A DNA stretch of 64,000 nucleotides from Thermodesulfobacteriota bacterium (GTDB lineage: Bacteria > Desulfobacterota_D > UBA1144 > Nemesobacterales > Mycalebacteriaceae): the NCBI GenBank assembly GCA_965226585.1, contig OZ245366.1, positions 640,001 through 704,000 of the forward strand. Direction: 5' to 3'. This document shows positions 10,587 through 18,971 of this stretch, piece by piece; position 1 is the first letter of the stretch, and each line of letters starts with the position of its first letter. The notes beneath the pieces were generated by a model. It was not told the DNA's origin. It made no database searches and was given only the letters and a program-made list of their open reading frames with translations. A program made the translations under genes and the position numbers.

Positions 10587-11519
10587 ATGAAAAAAATAAT
10601 CTCTTTGATTCTGTTTGTTTTTCTTTCAGTTCTTCCCGCTCAGGGGCGTGCGGAAGACCTTCCGGTTCTTGACTCCAACGAGAGAGATCCGCGAACTTTC
10701 TGCCCTTACAGCGAGGGAATTTCAAGGGAGCACATGCTCATCTTTGTTGATGTTACGGACGGTATGTCCGAACAGCAGATAAACCTTTTGAAGAACGACA
10801 TTCTTTCCGAAGACCTTCTCAGCAGCGTGGGGCTTTACGGCAAGGTGTCCGTTGTGATGCTGGACGGCAACAAACCGGTTACCAGCCTTGAGCCTGAGAT
10901 AGTCATCTGCCGTCCCAAAAGCGGCAACTCCAAATCTCCGGACAAGAGAGACCACTACGACATACTGACGGAAAACCGCAAGAGGATAGACCTTGAATAC
11001 CGCATCGGCTACATACGCAGGCTGAAAGAGGGAATGATAAAACTGGTAAGGGAGAAATCGAAGAACCTCAGCCAAAGCGGCTACACGCCCCTGATGGAGT
11101 CCTTCCACGAAATATCGCGCTCATCCGCGATAGATTTCGGCGACAAATACGACAAGAAATCGCTCATAGTCATTTCAAACATGTACCACAACTCAAAAAG
11201 CGTTCCTCTTGACAAACTGTGCGTGAGAAGAATCTACAGACACAGTTTCCCGTACTCGCGCTACACGAGAACATGGACGTGCCCGTCTTTTGAGGACATA
11301 AAGAAGAAACGCTCAAACAAGTTCTACCTTGAGAGGAAGATACGTCCCAACTTCAAGGGAGACGGAACGAACGTGAAACTGTGGATTCTCCACAGGGATG
11401 TGGGTTCCGGCGGAATCAGAGACTCATCTCTTCTGGACTTCTGGGAGAGCTACTTCAAATACGTCAAAGGCAAAGTGAACTTTCTCGACCCAGATTTCGA
11501 GTCAGATCCCTCTTCCTGA
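10587..11519 (+). CDS. Uncharacterised exported protein with a VWA-like alpha/beta core
   Basis: Signal peptide MKKIISLILFVFLSVLPAQGRA from ATG 10587 (RBS GGAG). LIFVDVTDGM, TPLME and LIVISNM resemble VWA strand and MIDAS positions. Confidence 0.65.
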   Translation: MKKIISLILFVFLSVLPAQGRAEDLPVLDSNERDPRTFCPYSEGISREHMLIFVDVTDGMSEQQINLLKNDILSEDLLSSVGLYGKVSVVMLDGNKPVTSLEPEIVICRPKSGNSKSPDKRDHYDILTENRKRIDLEYRIGYIRRLKEGMIKLVREKSKNLSQSGYTPLMESFHEISRSSAIDFGDKYDKKSLIVISNMYHNSKSVPLDKLCVRRIYRHSFPYSRYTRTWTCPSFEDIKKKRSNKFYLERKIRPNFKGDGTNVKLWILHRDVGSGGIRDSSLLDFWESYFKYVKGKVNFLDPDFESDPSS

Positions 11520-11562
11520 GTATGCCGCAAGCGGCGGCCGGTTTCCGCTCCCGTAAGCGCAG

Positions 11563-12270
11563 ATGAAAACAGCACTTGTTACAGGAGGCGCGAGGCGCAT
11601 AGGCGCCGGCATTTGCGTTCACCTTGCGGGCATGGGCTATAACATTGCCCTCCACTACCTGAACTCCCGAAAAGAAGCCGGAAAAACGGCTGAAGCGGTG
11701 AGAAACAAAGGCGTTCGCTGTGAACTTTTCCGCGCAGACCTATCCCGTCCTTCAAATGCCGCGAAGCTTGTTGACAGGGCGGCGGACAAATTCGGCGAGC
11801 TTTCCGTTCTTGTGAACAACGCGTCTGTTTTCCGTAGGCACGGTTTTTCTGAAACAACCGGAAAACTGCTTGAAGAGGATATGGCTCTCAACTTCAAGTC
11901 GCCTTTTTTCGCCACTCAGGCTTTCGCGCGCGTGAGCCGCAAGGGGCTTGTGATAAACATGCTTGACTCGCGCGTGGCAAAAAATCACACCATGCATTTC
12001 TCATACAACATAAGCAAGAAGTGCCTGCACCATTTCACTCTCGCCGCTGCGAACGCTCTGGGTCCCCGCGTCAGAGTCAACGCCGTGTGTCCGGGTCCCG
12101 TTATGAAGGCGGCGGATTCCGATGAGGCGGTCTTCAGAAAAATCGCCCGGCAGACTCCGCTGAAGAAAACCGGGGAGGTTGAGTATGTTAACCTTGCCGT
12201 TGAGTATCTTGTGAAAAACTCCTTTGTAACGGGCGAAGTGCTTTTTGTTGACGGAGGACAGCACCTTTGA
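11563..12270 (+). CDS. SDR-family pteridine reductase (FolM/PTR1-like)
   Basis: TGGARRIG, LVNNASVF and YNISK motifs; coupled to folB. Confidence 0.85.
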   Translation: MKTALVTGGARRIGAGICVHLAGMGYNIALHYLNSRKEAGKTAEAVRNKGVRCELFRADLSRPSNAAKLVDRAADKFGELSVLVNNASVFRRHGFSETTGKLLEEDMALNFKSPFFATQAFARVSRKGLVINMLDSRVAKNHTMHFSYNISKKCLHHFTLAAANALGPRVRVNAVCPGPVMKAADSDEAVFRKIARQTPLKKTGEVEYVNLAVEYLVKNSFVTGEVLFVDGGQHL

Positions 12271-12635
12271 TGATTATCAAGATAGAAAACCTCAGAATAC
12301 GGACTATTATCGGCATTTTTGAATGGGAGAAAAAAAATCTTCAGGAGCTTGTCGTCAACGTGGAAACGGAGATTGACTGTCCCGACCCCGCCGCTCTGGG
12401 AGACGACATATCCGGCACTCTGGACTACAAAAAGATGAACAAGAAAATCATCAATTTCATTGAGGGCGGCAATTTCAACCTTATTGAAACGGTCGCGGCG
12501 GGCGTGGCGGGCATCGTTTTTGAAGACGACAAAGCCGTCAGAGTTACGGTCAGGGTGGACAAGCCCGGCGCTCTCAGATTTGCCGATTCCGTTTCCGTAA
12601 CCTACAAAACGGATAAGACAAAAGGGGCGGCGTGA
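12267..12635 (+). CDS. folB: Dihydroneopterin aldolase / epimerase (FolB/FolX family)
   Basis: IIGIFEWE, LDY, LIETVA and VDKPGAL motifs. Confidence 0.85.
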   Translation: MMIIKIENLRIRTIIGIFEWEKKNLQELVVNVETEIDCPDPAALGDDISGTLDYKKMNKKIINFIEGGNFNLIETVAAGVAGIVFEDDKAVRVTVRVDKPGALRFADSVSVTYKTDKTKGAA

Positions 12636-14446
12636 AGAAAAAAACCGTTACAAAAGACCTCCGCAACTACAACGCGAAAGGCGTCAAGTGGAACCTGTCA
12701 GACCTTTACGGCGGAGCGGACGACCCTCTGATAAAAAAGTCGGTTAAGAGTTGTCTCAGGCGCGCCGCCGCTTTTGAGAAGAAATACAGGGGAGCGGTTT
12801 CCGGCGGCAAACTTTCCGCCCGCAGTTTTCTTTCCATGCTGAAAACCCTTGAGTCCATATCAGAATCTGCGGCGAAAATCTATTGCTACGCCCAGCTTCT
12901 GCACGCCTCAAACACTGACGACCCGAAGGCTGGAGCTCTGCTTCAATACGTCCGCGAACAGTATGCCGGGATAAGCGGGCGTCTCATTTTCTTTGACATT
13001 GAATGGGTGCAAACTTCCGAAAAAAAGGCGAAATCTCTTGTCTCAAACCGCACGCTCAAGCCCTACGCGCATTTTCTGAAAACAAAACGGCTTTACAAAC
13101 CGCACACCCTCGGAGAGAAAGAGGAGCAAGTAATAATGGAGAAATCCGTTACGGGACCGGGCGCGTTCAAACGGCTTTTTGACGAACTCATCGCAGATAT
13201 CCGCTTTGAGGTCAAAACCCGGAGCGGAACGAAAAAAATGAACGAAACCGCCACACTTTCCCTGCTCTACAGCCCCGACAGGGATACGCGCAAAGCCGCC
13301 GCGCGCGCTCTCACCGCCGGACTTGAGAAAAACTCAAAGCCCCTGACTTTCATCTTCAACACTCTGGTCGCAGACCACTGGATTGAAGACAGAATGAGGG
13401 CTTATGAAAACCCCATGTCCGCGAGAAATCTCGGCAACGAAATTGACGGCTCAATCGTTGACGCTCTGCTCAAATCCTGCGAAGCGAACTACGATATTGT
13501 GAGACGCTACTACAAGTTCAAAAGAAAACTGCTGGGGCTGAAAAGTTTTGCGGACTATGACCGCTACGCGCCGGTTGCCGCTTCGGGGAAAAAGACAGGC
13601 TACGGCGAGGCGAGGCAAACGGTTGTTGAGTCGCTTGAGCGGTTTTCCCCTGAAATGGCGGACATAGCGCGGCTGTTTTTCAAAAACAACTGGATAGACG
13701 CGGAAAGCCGCAACGGAAAATACGGCGGCGCTTTCAGTCACTCAACGGTTCCTTCGGCGCACCCCTACATCCTTATGAACTACCGGGGCGCGCCGCGAGA
13801 CGTGATGACGCTTGCCCATGAACTCGGGCACGGAATCCACCAGTTTCTTTCGCGCAAAAACGGGCATTTCCAGAGCGATGCTCCTCTCACAACTTCCGAG
13901 ACGGCAAGCGTTTTTTCGGAGATGCTTGTCTTTCAGGAATTGAAAAGACGCAGTCCGGAAAAAGAACGTCTCGCTCTTCTCTGCGGGAAACTTGAGGAAT
14001 GTTTCGCCACCATTTTCCGCCAGGCCGTGATGACGCGCTTTGAGCAGTCGCTTCACAAAGCCCGCCGCGCTGAGGGCGAACTCCCCGTCAGCCGCATAAA
14101 CGGTTTGTGGACGGATGCGAACCGCGCCATGTTCGGTGATTCCGTCAAACTCACGGCGGACTACGGACTGTGGTGGATGTACATTCCGCACTTTATACAC
14201 TCGCCTTTTTATTGCTACGCATATTCTTTCGGCGAACTTCTGGTTCTGTCTCTCTACGGCGAGTACGCGCGGAGAGGAAGCGATTTTGTGGCGGGATATA
14301 CCGATCTTCTGTCTTCGGGCGGAAGCGACAGCCCCGGGGTTCTGATAAGCAAAACCGGCGTTGACATATCGGAGCCGGGTTTCTGGGGCAGAGGTTTCTC
14401 ACTGCTTGAAGAGATGTTTGAGGAAGCCGTTTCGCTTGCGGATTGA
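12632..14446 (+). CDS. pepF: Oligoendopeptidase F (M3B peptidase)
   Basis: WNLSDLY, GKYGGAFS, TLAHELGHGIH (HExxH), ETAS and HFIHSPFYCYAY motifs. Confidence 0.93.
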   Translation: MKKKTVTKDLRNYNAKGVKWNLSDLYGGADDPLIKKSVKSCLRRAAAFEKKYRGAVSGGKLSARSFLSMLKTLESISESAAKIYCYAQLLHASNTDDPKAGALLQYVREQYAGISGRLIFFDIEWVQTSEKKAKSLVSNRTLKPYAHFLKTKRLYKPHTLGEKEEQVIMEKSVTGPGAFKRLFDELIADIRFEVKTRSGTKKMNETATLSLLYSPDRDTRKAAARALTAGLEKNSKPLTFIFNTLVADHWIEDRMRAYENPMSARNLGNEIDGSIVDALLKSCEANYDIVRRYYKFKRKLLGLKSFADYDRYAPVAASGKKTGYGEARQTVVESLERFSPEMADIARLFFKNNWIDAESRNGKYGGAFSHSTVPSAHPYILMNYRGAPRDVMTLAHELGHGIHQFLSRKNGHFQSDAPLTTSETASVFSEMLVFQELKRRSPEKERLALLCGKLEECFATIFRQAVMTRFEQSLHKARRAEGELPVSRINGLWTDANRAMFGDSVKLTADYGLWWMYIPHFIHSPFYCYAYSFGELLVLSLYGEYARRGSDFVAGYTDLLSSGGSDSPGVLISKTGVDISEPGFWGRGFSLLEEMFEEAVSLAD

Positions 14447-14514
14447 AACCGCGTTTTCCTGTGTTAGTTTAAGTGCGGTCTCTTGAGATTTTGCTTCAAA
14501 GAGACCCGCTGAAA

Positions 14515-14646
14515 ATGGGATACTTTATCGCCTCATGTGTTGTTACGTGGCTGGTTCTCGGCTCCTACGTTCTGATTCTTTTTGTTCAAAGCCGCCGTCT
14601 TCGCGCGCGCTCAGGCGGCGAAAGCGGCTTTGCGGAGCGTGACTGA
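14515..14646 (+). CDS. ccmD: CcmD-like small membrane protein (43 aa; below the ORF-track cutoff)
   Basis: MGYFIASCVVTWLVLGSYVLILFVQSRRLRARSGGESGFAERD: a single TM followed by a basic tail, directly upstream of ccmE. Confidence 0.7.
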   Translation: MGYFIASCVVTWLVLGSYVLILFVQSRRLRARSGGESGFAERD

Positions 14647-14663
14647 GCGCGAGGTCGTCTCCA

Positions 14664-15074
14664 ATGTTTTCCCCCGGAATGAAAATAGCGGTTCCGTCGC
14701 TGATTATTCTGCTTTCTGTCGCCTATCTGGTGTATGACGGCGTTACGGACACGATGGTTTATTACCTTACGGTTCCCGAACTCAAAAGCGCGGCGGTTGA
14801 CGGAAAAAGGTACAGAGTTTCCGGCTCCGTTGAAGCGGACAGCGTGAAAAAAAACGGCGGCGAACTCAGTTTTTCCATCGCCGGTGACGGCGGCTCGCTT
14901 CCGGTTTCCTATCGCGGCTCCGTTCCGGACACTTTCAGGGAAGAAGTTGAAGCCGTTGTGGAGGGCGTTTACCGTGAAGGCGGAGTTTTTGAGGCTGACC
15001 TTCTTCTGGCAAAGTGCCCGACCAAATACGAATCCGCGGACTACCTCTATCCGGAGAGTGACTCGCGGAAATGA
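14664..15074 (+). CDS. ccmE: Heme chaperone CcmE, CxxxY variant
   Basis: N-terminal TM, VYY, RVSGSV, YRGSVPDTF and LAKCPTKY motifs. Confidence 0.95.
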   Translation: MFSPGMKIAVPSLIILLSVAYLVYDGVTDTMVYYLTVPELKSAAVDGKRYRVSGSVEADSVKKNGGELSFSIAGDGGSLPVSYRGSVPDTFREEVEAVVEGVYREGGVFEADLLLAKCPTKYESADYLYPESDSRK

Positions 15075-17014
15075 ACTTGTATGAGACGGGCTCCATAGCG
15101 GTCGCTTTCAGTTTTCTGCTTTCGGTCTATTCTCTTGTCTGCTCTTTCGCGGGAGCCGCCACGCGGAATTCCCGTCTTATCAAAAGCGCGGAAAACGGCG
15201 TTATCGCCGGTTTTCTGCTCACCGCCGCCGCAACCGCCATTTTGGTCGGCGAACTGCTTTCGCTCAATTTTCAACTCAAATACGTCGCGATGAACACAAG
15301 CACAGACCTGCCGGCTGTGTACCGTTTTACCTCGCTGTGGGCGGGGCAGTCCGGATCTCTTCTGCTCTGGTGTCTTGTGCTTTCCGCCTATTGCGCGGTT
15401 TTTGTTCTGCGCTCTTCGTCAGACTCTCTCAAGCCCTACGTAACGGGCGTTCTGTCGGGTGTTTCGGTATTTTTTCTTTTCCTCATAACGTTTGTTGAGA
15501 GCCCGTTTGAACTTCTGCCGTTCGTGCCGCAGGAGGGCAGGGGGCTAAACCCGATACTCCAGAATCCGTACATGGCAATTCATCCCATCGCCCTTTATGC
15601 GGGCTATGTGGGCATAACCGTTCCATACGCTCTGGGCATGGGCGCTTTGCTCAGCGGCAGAGTGGATTCCGTTTGGGTGGGGCGGGCGCGCAGGTGGGCG
15701 CTTTTTTCGTGGCTTTTTCTCAGCCTCGGTCTTTTGCTGGGAGCGAGATGGGCGTATCTGGAACTCGGCTGGGGCGGATACTGGGCGTGGGATCCGGTTG
15801 AAAACGCCGCGTTTATGCCATGGCTTTCCGGCACCGCGTTTTTGCACTCAATTATGGTTCAGAAAAGACGAAATATGTTTATGAAGTGGAACATACTTCT
15901 GCTTTCCATAACGTTTTTCCTTTCCATTTTCGGAACTTTCATAACGCGCAGCGGCATTGTTTCATCCGTGCATTCATTCGCCCTGTCGGATATAGGGCCC
16001 ATGTTCGCGGGTTTTCTGCTTTTTATCGCGCTTTTCTCATCCGCCGCTTTTCTCATCCGCCGGAAAAATTTTGCGCGTGAGAGCGGTTTTGACTCCGCGC
16101 TTTCGCGTGAAAGCGCGTTTGTTTTCAACAATGTTTTGTTTCTTTCGGCGGCTTTTGTGGTTTTTCTCGGAACGATTTTCCCGATTCTCTCTGAAGCCGT
16201 TACGGGAGACCGCATACTTGTGGGACCTCCGTATTTCAACCGCCTTAACGTTCCCATCGGTCTTGTGCTTATAACGCTTATGGGCGTGGGCCCTCTTCTG
16301 TCGTGGCGTGGAGGGGCGGGGGCGGATTTCCTGCGTTCCCTGTCGGCTCCGCTTTTTTGCGGCATTGCGACCGCTCTCGCGCTGGTGTTTTCGGGAATGA
16401 AAGACACCCATGCCGTTGCCGCTTTTTCTCTCTGTGCGTTTGCGGCGGCAAGCGCGGCGGGTGAAATCTTCAGTATCTTGAAAGCGTCCGGCGCGGGATT
16501 TTTTGCCGCGCTGGTTTCCGGCGCGCGGTTTTACGGCGGCTATGTTGTTCACATAGGGGTGGCTCTTATAGTCGCGGGGGTTACGGCGTCATCAGTTTTT
16601 CCGGTCAAGCATGAAGTCTCAATGTTGCCCGGCGAAACTTTTTCCGTGCGTTCCTACAGCTTGAAATATCTGTCAACCGAGCGCAAAACCACGGCGGCAA
16701 AAAATGTTACATCCGCCCGGATAGAGGTTTCGCAAAACGGCAAGCCTGCGGGCGTTCTGCTTGCCGAGAAAAATCTGTATCTGTATGAAGGAAACAGGGA
16801 GATAAACCGCGAGACGGAGGTGGGTCTGCTGTCGTCATGGAAAGACGATCTTTACGTGGTTCTCACCGAGGCGCGTGATGACGGCTCGGTTTTGATGACG
16901 GTTGTGCTTAACCCGCTTGTGTCGTGGATATGGGCGGGCGGGGCGGTTGTGCTTGCCGGGGCTTTGCTGTCGTTTTCCGGGGCGCGGCGGCGCGCGAGCG
17001 GGGCGGCGGAATGA
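15071..17014 (+). CDS. ccmF: Cytochrome c heme lyase CcmF
   Basis: WAGQSGSLLLW, GLNPILQNPYMAIHP, WGGYWAWDPVENA (WWD domain) and SVHSF motifs. Confidence 0.97.
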   Translation: MNLYETGSIAVAFSFLLSVYSLVCSFAGAATRNSRLIKSAENGVIAGFLLTAAATAILVGELLSLNFQLKYVAMNTSTDLPAVYRFTSLWAGQSGSLLLWCLVLSAYCAVFVLRSSSDSLKPYVTGVLSGVSVFFLFLITFVESPFELLPFVPQEGRGLNPILQNPYMAIHPIALYAGYVGITVPYALGMGALLSGRVDSVWVGRARRWALFSWLFLSLGLLLGARWAYLELGWGGYWAWDPVENAAFMPWLSGTAFLHSIMVQKRRNMFMKWNILLLSITFFLSIFGTFITRSGIVSSVHSFALSDIGPMFAGFLLFIALFSSAAFLIRRKNFARESGFDSALSRESAFVFNNVLFLSAAFVVFLGTIFPILSEAVTGDRILVGPPYFNRLNVPIGLVLITLMGVGPLLSWRGGAGADFLRSLSAPLFCGIATALALVFSGMKDTHAVAAFSLCAFAAASAAGEIFSILKASGAGFFAALVSGARFYGGYVVHIGVALIVAGVTASSVFPVKHEVSMLPGETFSVRSYSLKYLSTERKTTAAKNVTSARIEVSQNGKPAGVLLAEKNLYLYEGNREINRETEVGLLSSWKDDLYVVLTEARDDGSVLMTVVLNPLVSWIWAGGAVVLAGALLSFSGARRRASGAAE

Positions 17015-17127
17015 GCGCGCAGGATTTAATCACGGCGGTTTTTCTTGTTGCCGTGTCGGTTTTTGTCGCGCTTCCTTTCTTCAAGAGGAGAGACAAAACC
17101 GATGACGGCGGAGGGGATGAAAGTTGA
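17011..17127 (+). CDS. Small single-TM protein (38 aa) in the ccm operon
   Basis: MSAQDLITAVFLVAVSVFVALPFFKRRDKTDDGGGDES; 4-nt overlaps with both ccmF and the next gene. Confidence 0.6.
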   Translation: MSAQDLITAVFLVAVSVFVALPFFKRRDKTDDGGGDES

Positions 17128-18308
17128 GATTTTTTATTTTTATCGCGGTGTTTTTTCTTCCCGCGTTTTTTGTTTCCGCTGAATCCCCGGAGACAGGAGA
17201 AGACCTGTTTATCAAACACAGATGCGTCCAGTGCCACACGGCGGGAAGGGGAAGATTTGTGGGTCCCGACCTGAAAGGCGTTACAAACCGTCACACAGAA
17301 GAGCGGGTTCTCCTCTGGATAACAGACCCGTCAGCCGTCTACGGGGCTGAAGGCAAATCCCCCGTGAATGAGGGCTATCCGCCAATGCCCGGAACCGGCG
17401 TGAGCGCGGAAGACGCGGAAAAGATATACGGCTATTTGCGCTCTCTCCGTTCCGTCCGTTCAGATTCCCCGGACGGAGGGTTGATATCCGGAAGGGTTAC
17501 AAACAGAACCGCCGGAAAACCGCTTGCGGGTGCTGAAGTGTTGCTCGGCTCTTTTATCGGAGACAGGCGGATTTCGGAAGTCTCCGCGCAGACAGACAAA
17601 AAGGGAAAGTTCCGTTTCAAAGGGCTTTCGTGGGTTTCCTCGCACAAGATATCCATACGAAGCGGCGGGGTTCTCTACGAGACGGGCAAGATGGTGTTCA
17701 AGCCCCGCCAGAAAAAAATGGAACTTGACCTTCCGGTGTATGATTCCGCCCCGGACGATTCTCTTCTCGGCATAGAGCTTGAGCATATTATAGTTGAGCC
17801 GTTTGACGGCGGTCTCAGGGTTGCTGAGTTTGTTGAGTTTGTGAACAGGGGCAAAGCCGCCGTTGTTCCGGAGTCCGGTGAGAACTCCTCATCCGGCCGT
17901 CTTGGTGTTCCTCCCGGCGCGCAAAATCTCAACCTCATTCACGGCACGGGCGGAGCGTCTTCCTTTGCGGTGCTTCCGGGTTCCAAGAGGGTTGTGTTTT
18001 CATATCTGATTCCGTTTGAAGGGCGCAAAGCCGTGTTCACAAAAACCGCGAGTTATCCCACTTCGCTGTTCACCGTTTTGTCTCCCTCAGGCGGCGGGGT
18101 TGAGGTTGCCGGGCTTGGAGAGCCGAAAAATGTTCTTTCCGAAGACGGAAGGAGTTTTTTGCGCTGGGATGGAAATGAAATCAAAAAGGGCGGCAAGGTT
18201 AAAATTTCCGCTCTCTCGGCGGGAGGAAAACGCCCGTGGGTTTTGCCGGCGGTAATCTTCACGCTCGTCATCGCGCTCGCGTTCCTGTTCCGCAGATTTC
18301 GCGGTTAA
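17124..18308 (+). CDS. Monoheme cytochrome c fused to beta-sandwich (carboxypeptidase-regulatory-like) domains with a C-terminal TM anchor
   Basis: Signal peptide, CVQCH, VGPDLKGV, PPMP (candidate distal Met), then ISGRVTN..G.PL.GAEV.L and TDKKGKFRF; hydrophobic C-terminus. Confidence 0.8.
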   Translation: MRFFIFIAVFFLPAFFVSAESPETGEDLFIKHRCVQCHTAGRGRFVGPDLKGVTNRHTEERVLLWITDPSAVYGAEGKSPVNEGYPPMPGTGVSAEDAEKIYGYLRSLRSVRSDSPDGGLISGRVTNRTAGKPLAGAEVLLGSFIGDRRISEVSAQTDKKGKFRFKGLSWVSSHKISIRSGGVLYETGKMVFKPRQKKMELDLPVYDSAPDDSLLGIELEHIIVEPFDGGLRVAEFVEFVNRGKAAVVPESGENSSSGRLGVPPGAQNLNLIHGTGGASSFAVLPGSKRVVFSYLIPFEGRKAVFTKTASYPTSLFTVLSPSGGGVEVAGLGEPKNVLSEDGRSFLRWDGNEIKKGGKVKISALSAGGKRPWVLPAVIFTLVIALAFLFRRFRG

Positions 18309-18721
18309 TTGATTCGTTTCAAGTGTCGCCCTGATGCTTCAATCAGTCCGAGATGTTTTACAAACGGTTTGAAGTCTTTGTCTGAAAAGAGGAGTGGCAT
18401 TTTGTTTTCAATGCAGAAAGTGGCGATTATCACATCGGCGGTTTTGCGGATGGTTACGCCTTTGCCGCGCAGAAAGCGGAAGTTTCCGGCACACTTCAAA
18501 GCCATTTCCCGCCCCAGCATCTCGAACACTTCCAGAGCGTCAATTCTTTCAAATGCGGTTTTGTAACTCTTTTCGTCTTTGAAGCCCTGCAAGACTTCCA
18601 TAAGAATCAGGTCGCCCGTTACAACGGACGCTTCTTCAAGAGCGTTGTCAAGCGTTTCCGCCGGTCCGTTATCAGTTCCTCGAAAGTAGTCAATCCAGAC
18701 GCTTGAATCCGCCATAATCAT
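18305..18721 (-). CDS. vapC: PIN-domain toxin VapC
   Basis: ADSSVWID, ILMEVLQG, ADVIIA and LFSDKDF acidic PIN motifs. Confidence 0.93.
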   Translation of the reverse strand: MIMADSSVWIDYFRGTDNGPAETLDNALEEASVVTGDLILMEVLQGFKDEKSYKTAFERIDALEVFEMLGREMALKCAGNFRFLRGKGVTIRKTADVIIATFCIENKMPLLFSDKDFKPFVKHLGLIEASGRHLKRIN

Positions 18722-18912
18722 CGGTCGGTTCTCATCTTGTCCAAATCACCGTGCCATTCAAGTTTGCCTCTGAGTTCTCTTATCCTCTGCTGGCTCTTAA
18801 CCTTCAAAACTGTTTTGAGGGAAAACTCAACCGCTTCCTTTTTGGTGCGAAGCCCGGTCGCCTTCAAGACATCTTTCATTAACTTGTCGTCAATCTCAAT
18901 GTTAGTCCGCAT
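18718..18912 (-). CDS. vapB: Antitoxin VapB
   Basis: MRTNIEIDDKLM...TKKEAVE...W.GDLDKMR; RBS GGGAGG; 4-nt overlap with vapC. Confidence 0.92.
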   Translation of the reverse strand: MRTNIEIDDKLMKDVLKATGLRTKKEAVEFSLKTVLKVKSQQRIRELRGKLEWHGDLDKMRTDR

Positions 18913-18935
18913 TCGTTTGTCCTCCCTGAGAGTGA

Positions 18936-18965
18936 ATGTGTATAGACTGTAGCAGTTATACACAT
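18936..18965. promoter_or_regulatory. Inverted repeat, probable VapBC autoregulatory operator
   Basis: ATGTGTATA-gACTGtagCAGT-TATACACAT immediately upstream of vapB. Confidence 0.65.
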
Positions 18966-18971
18966 CAGAAG

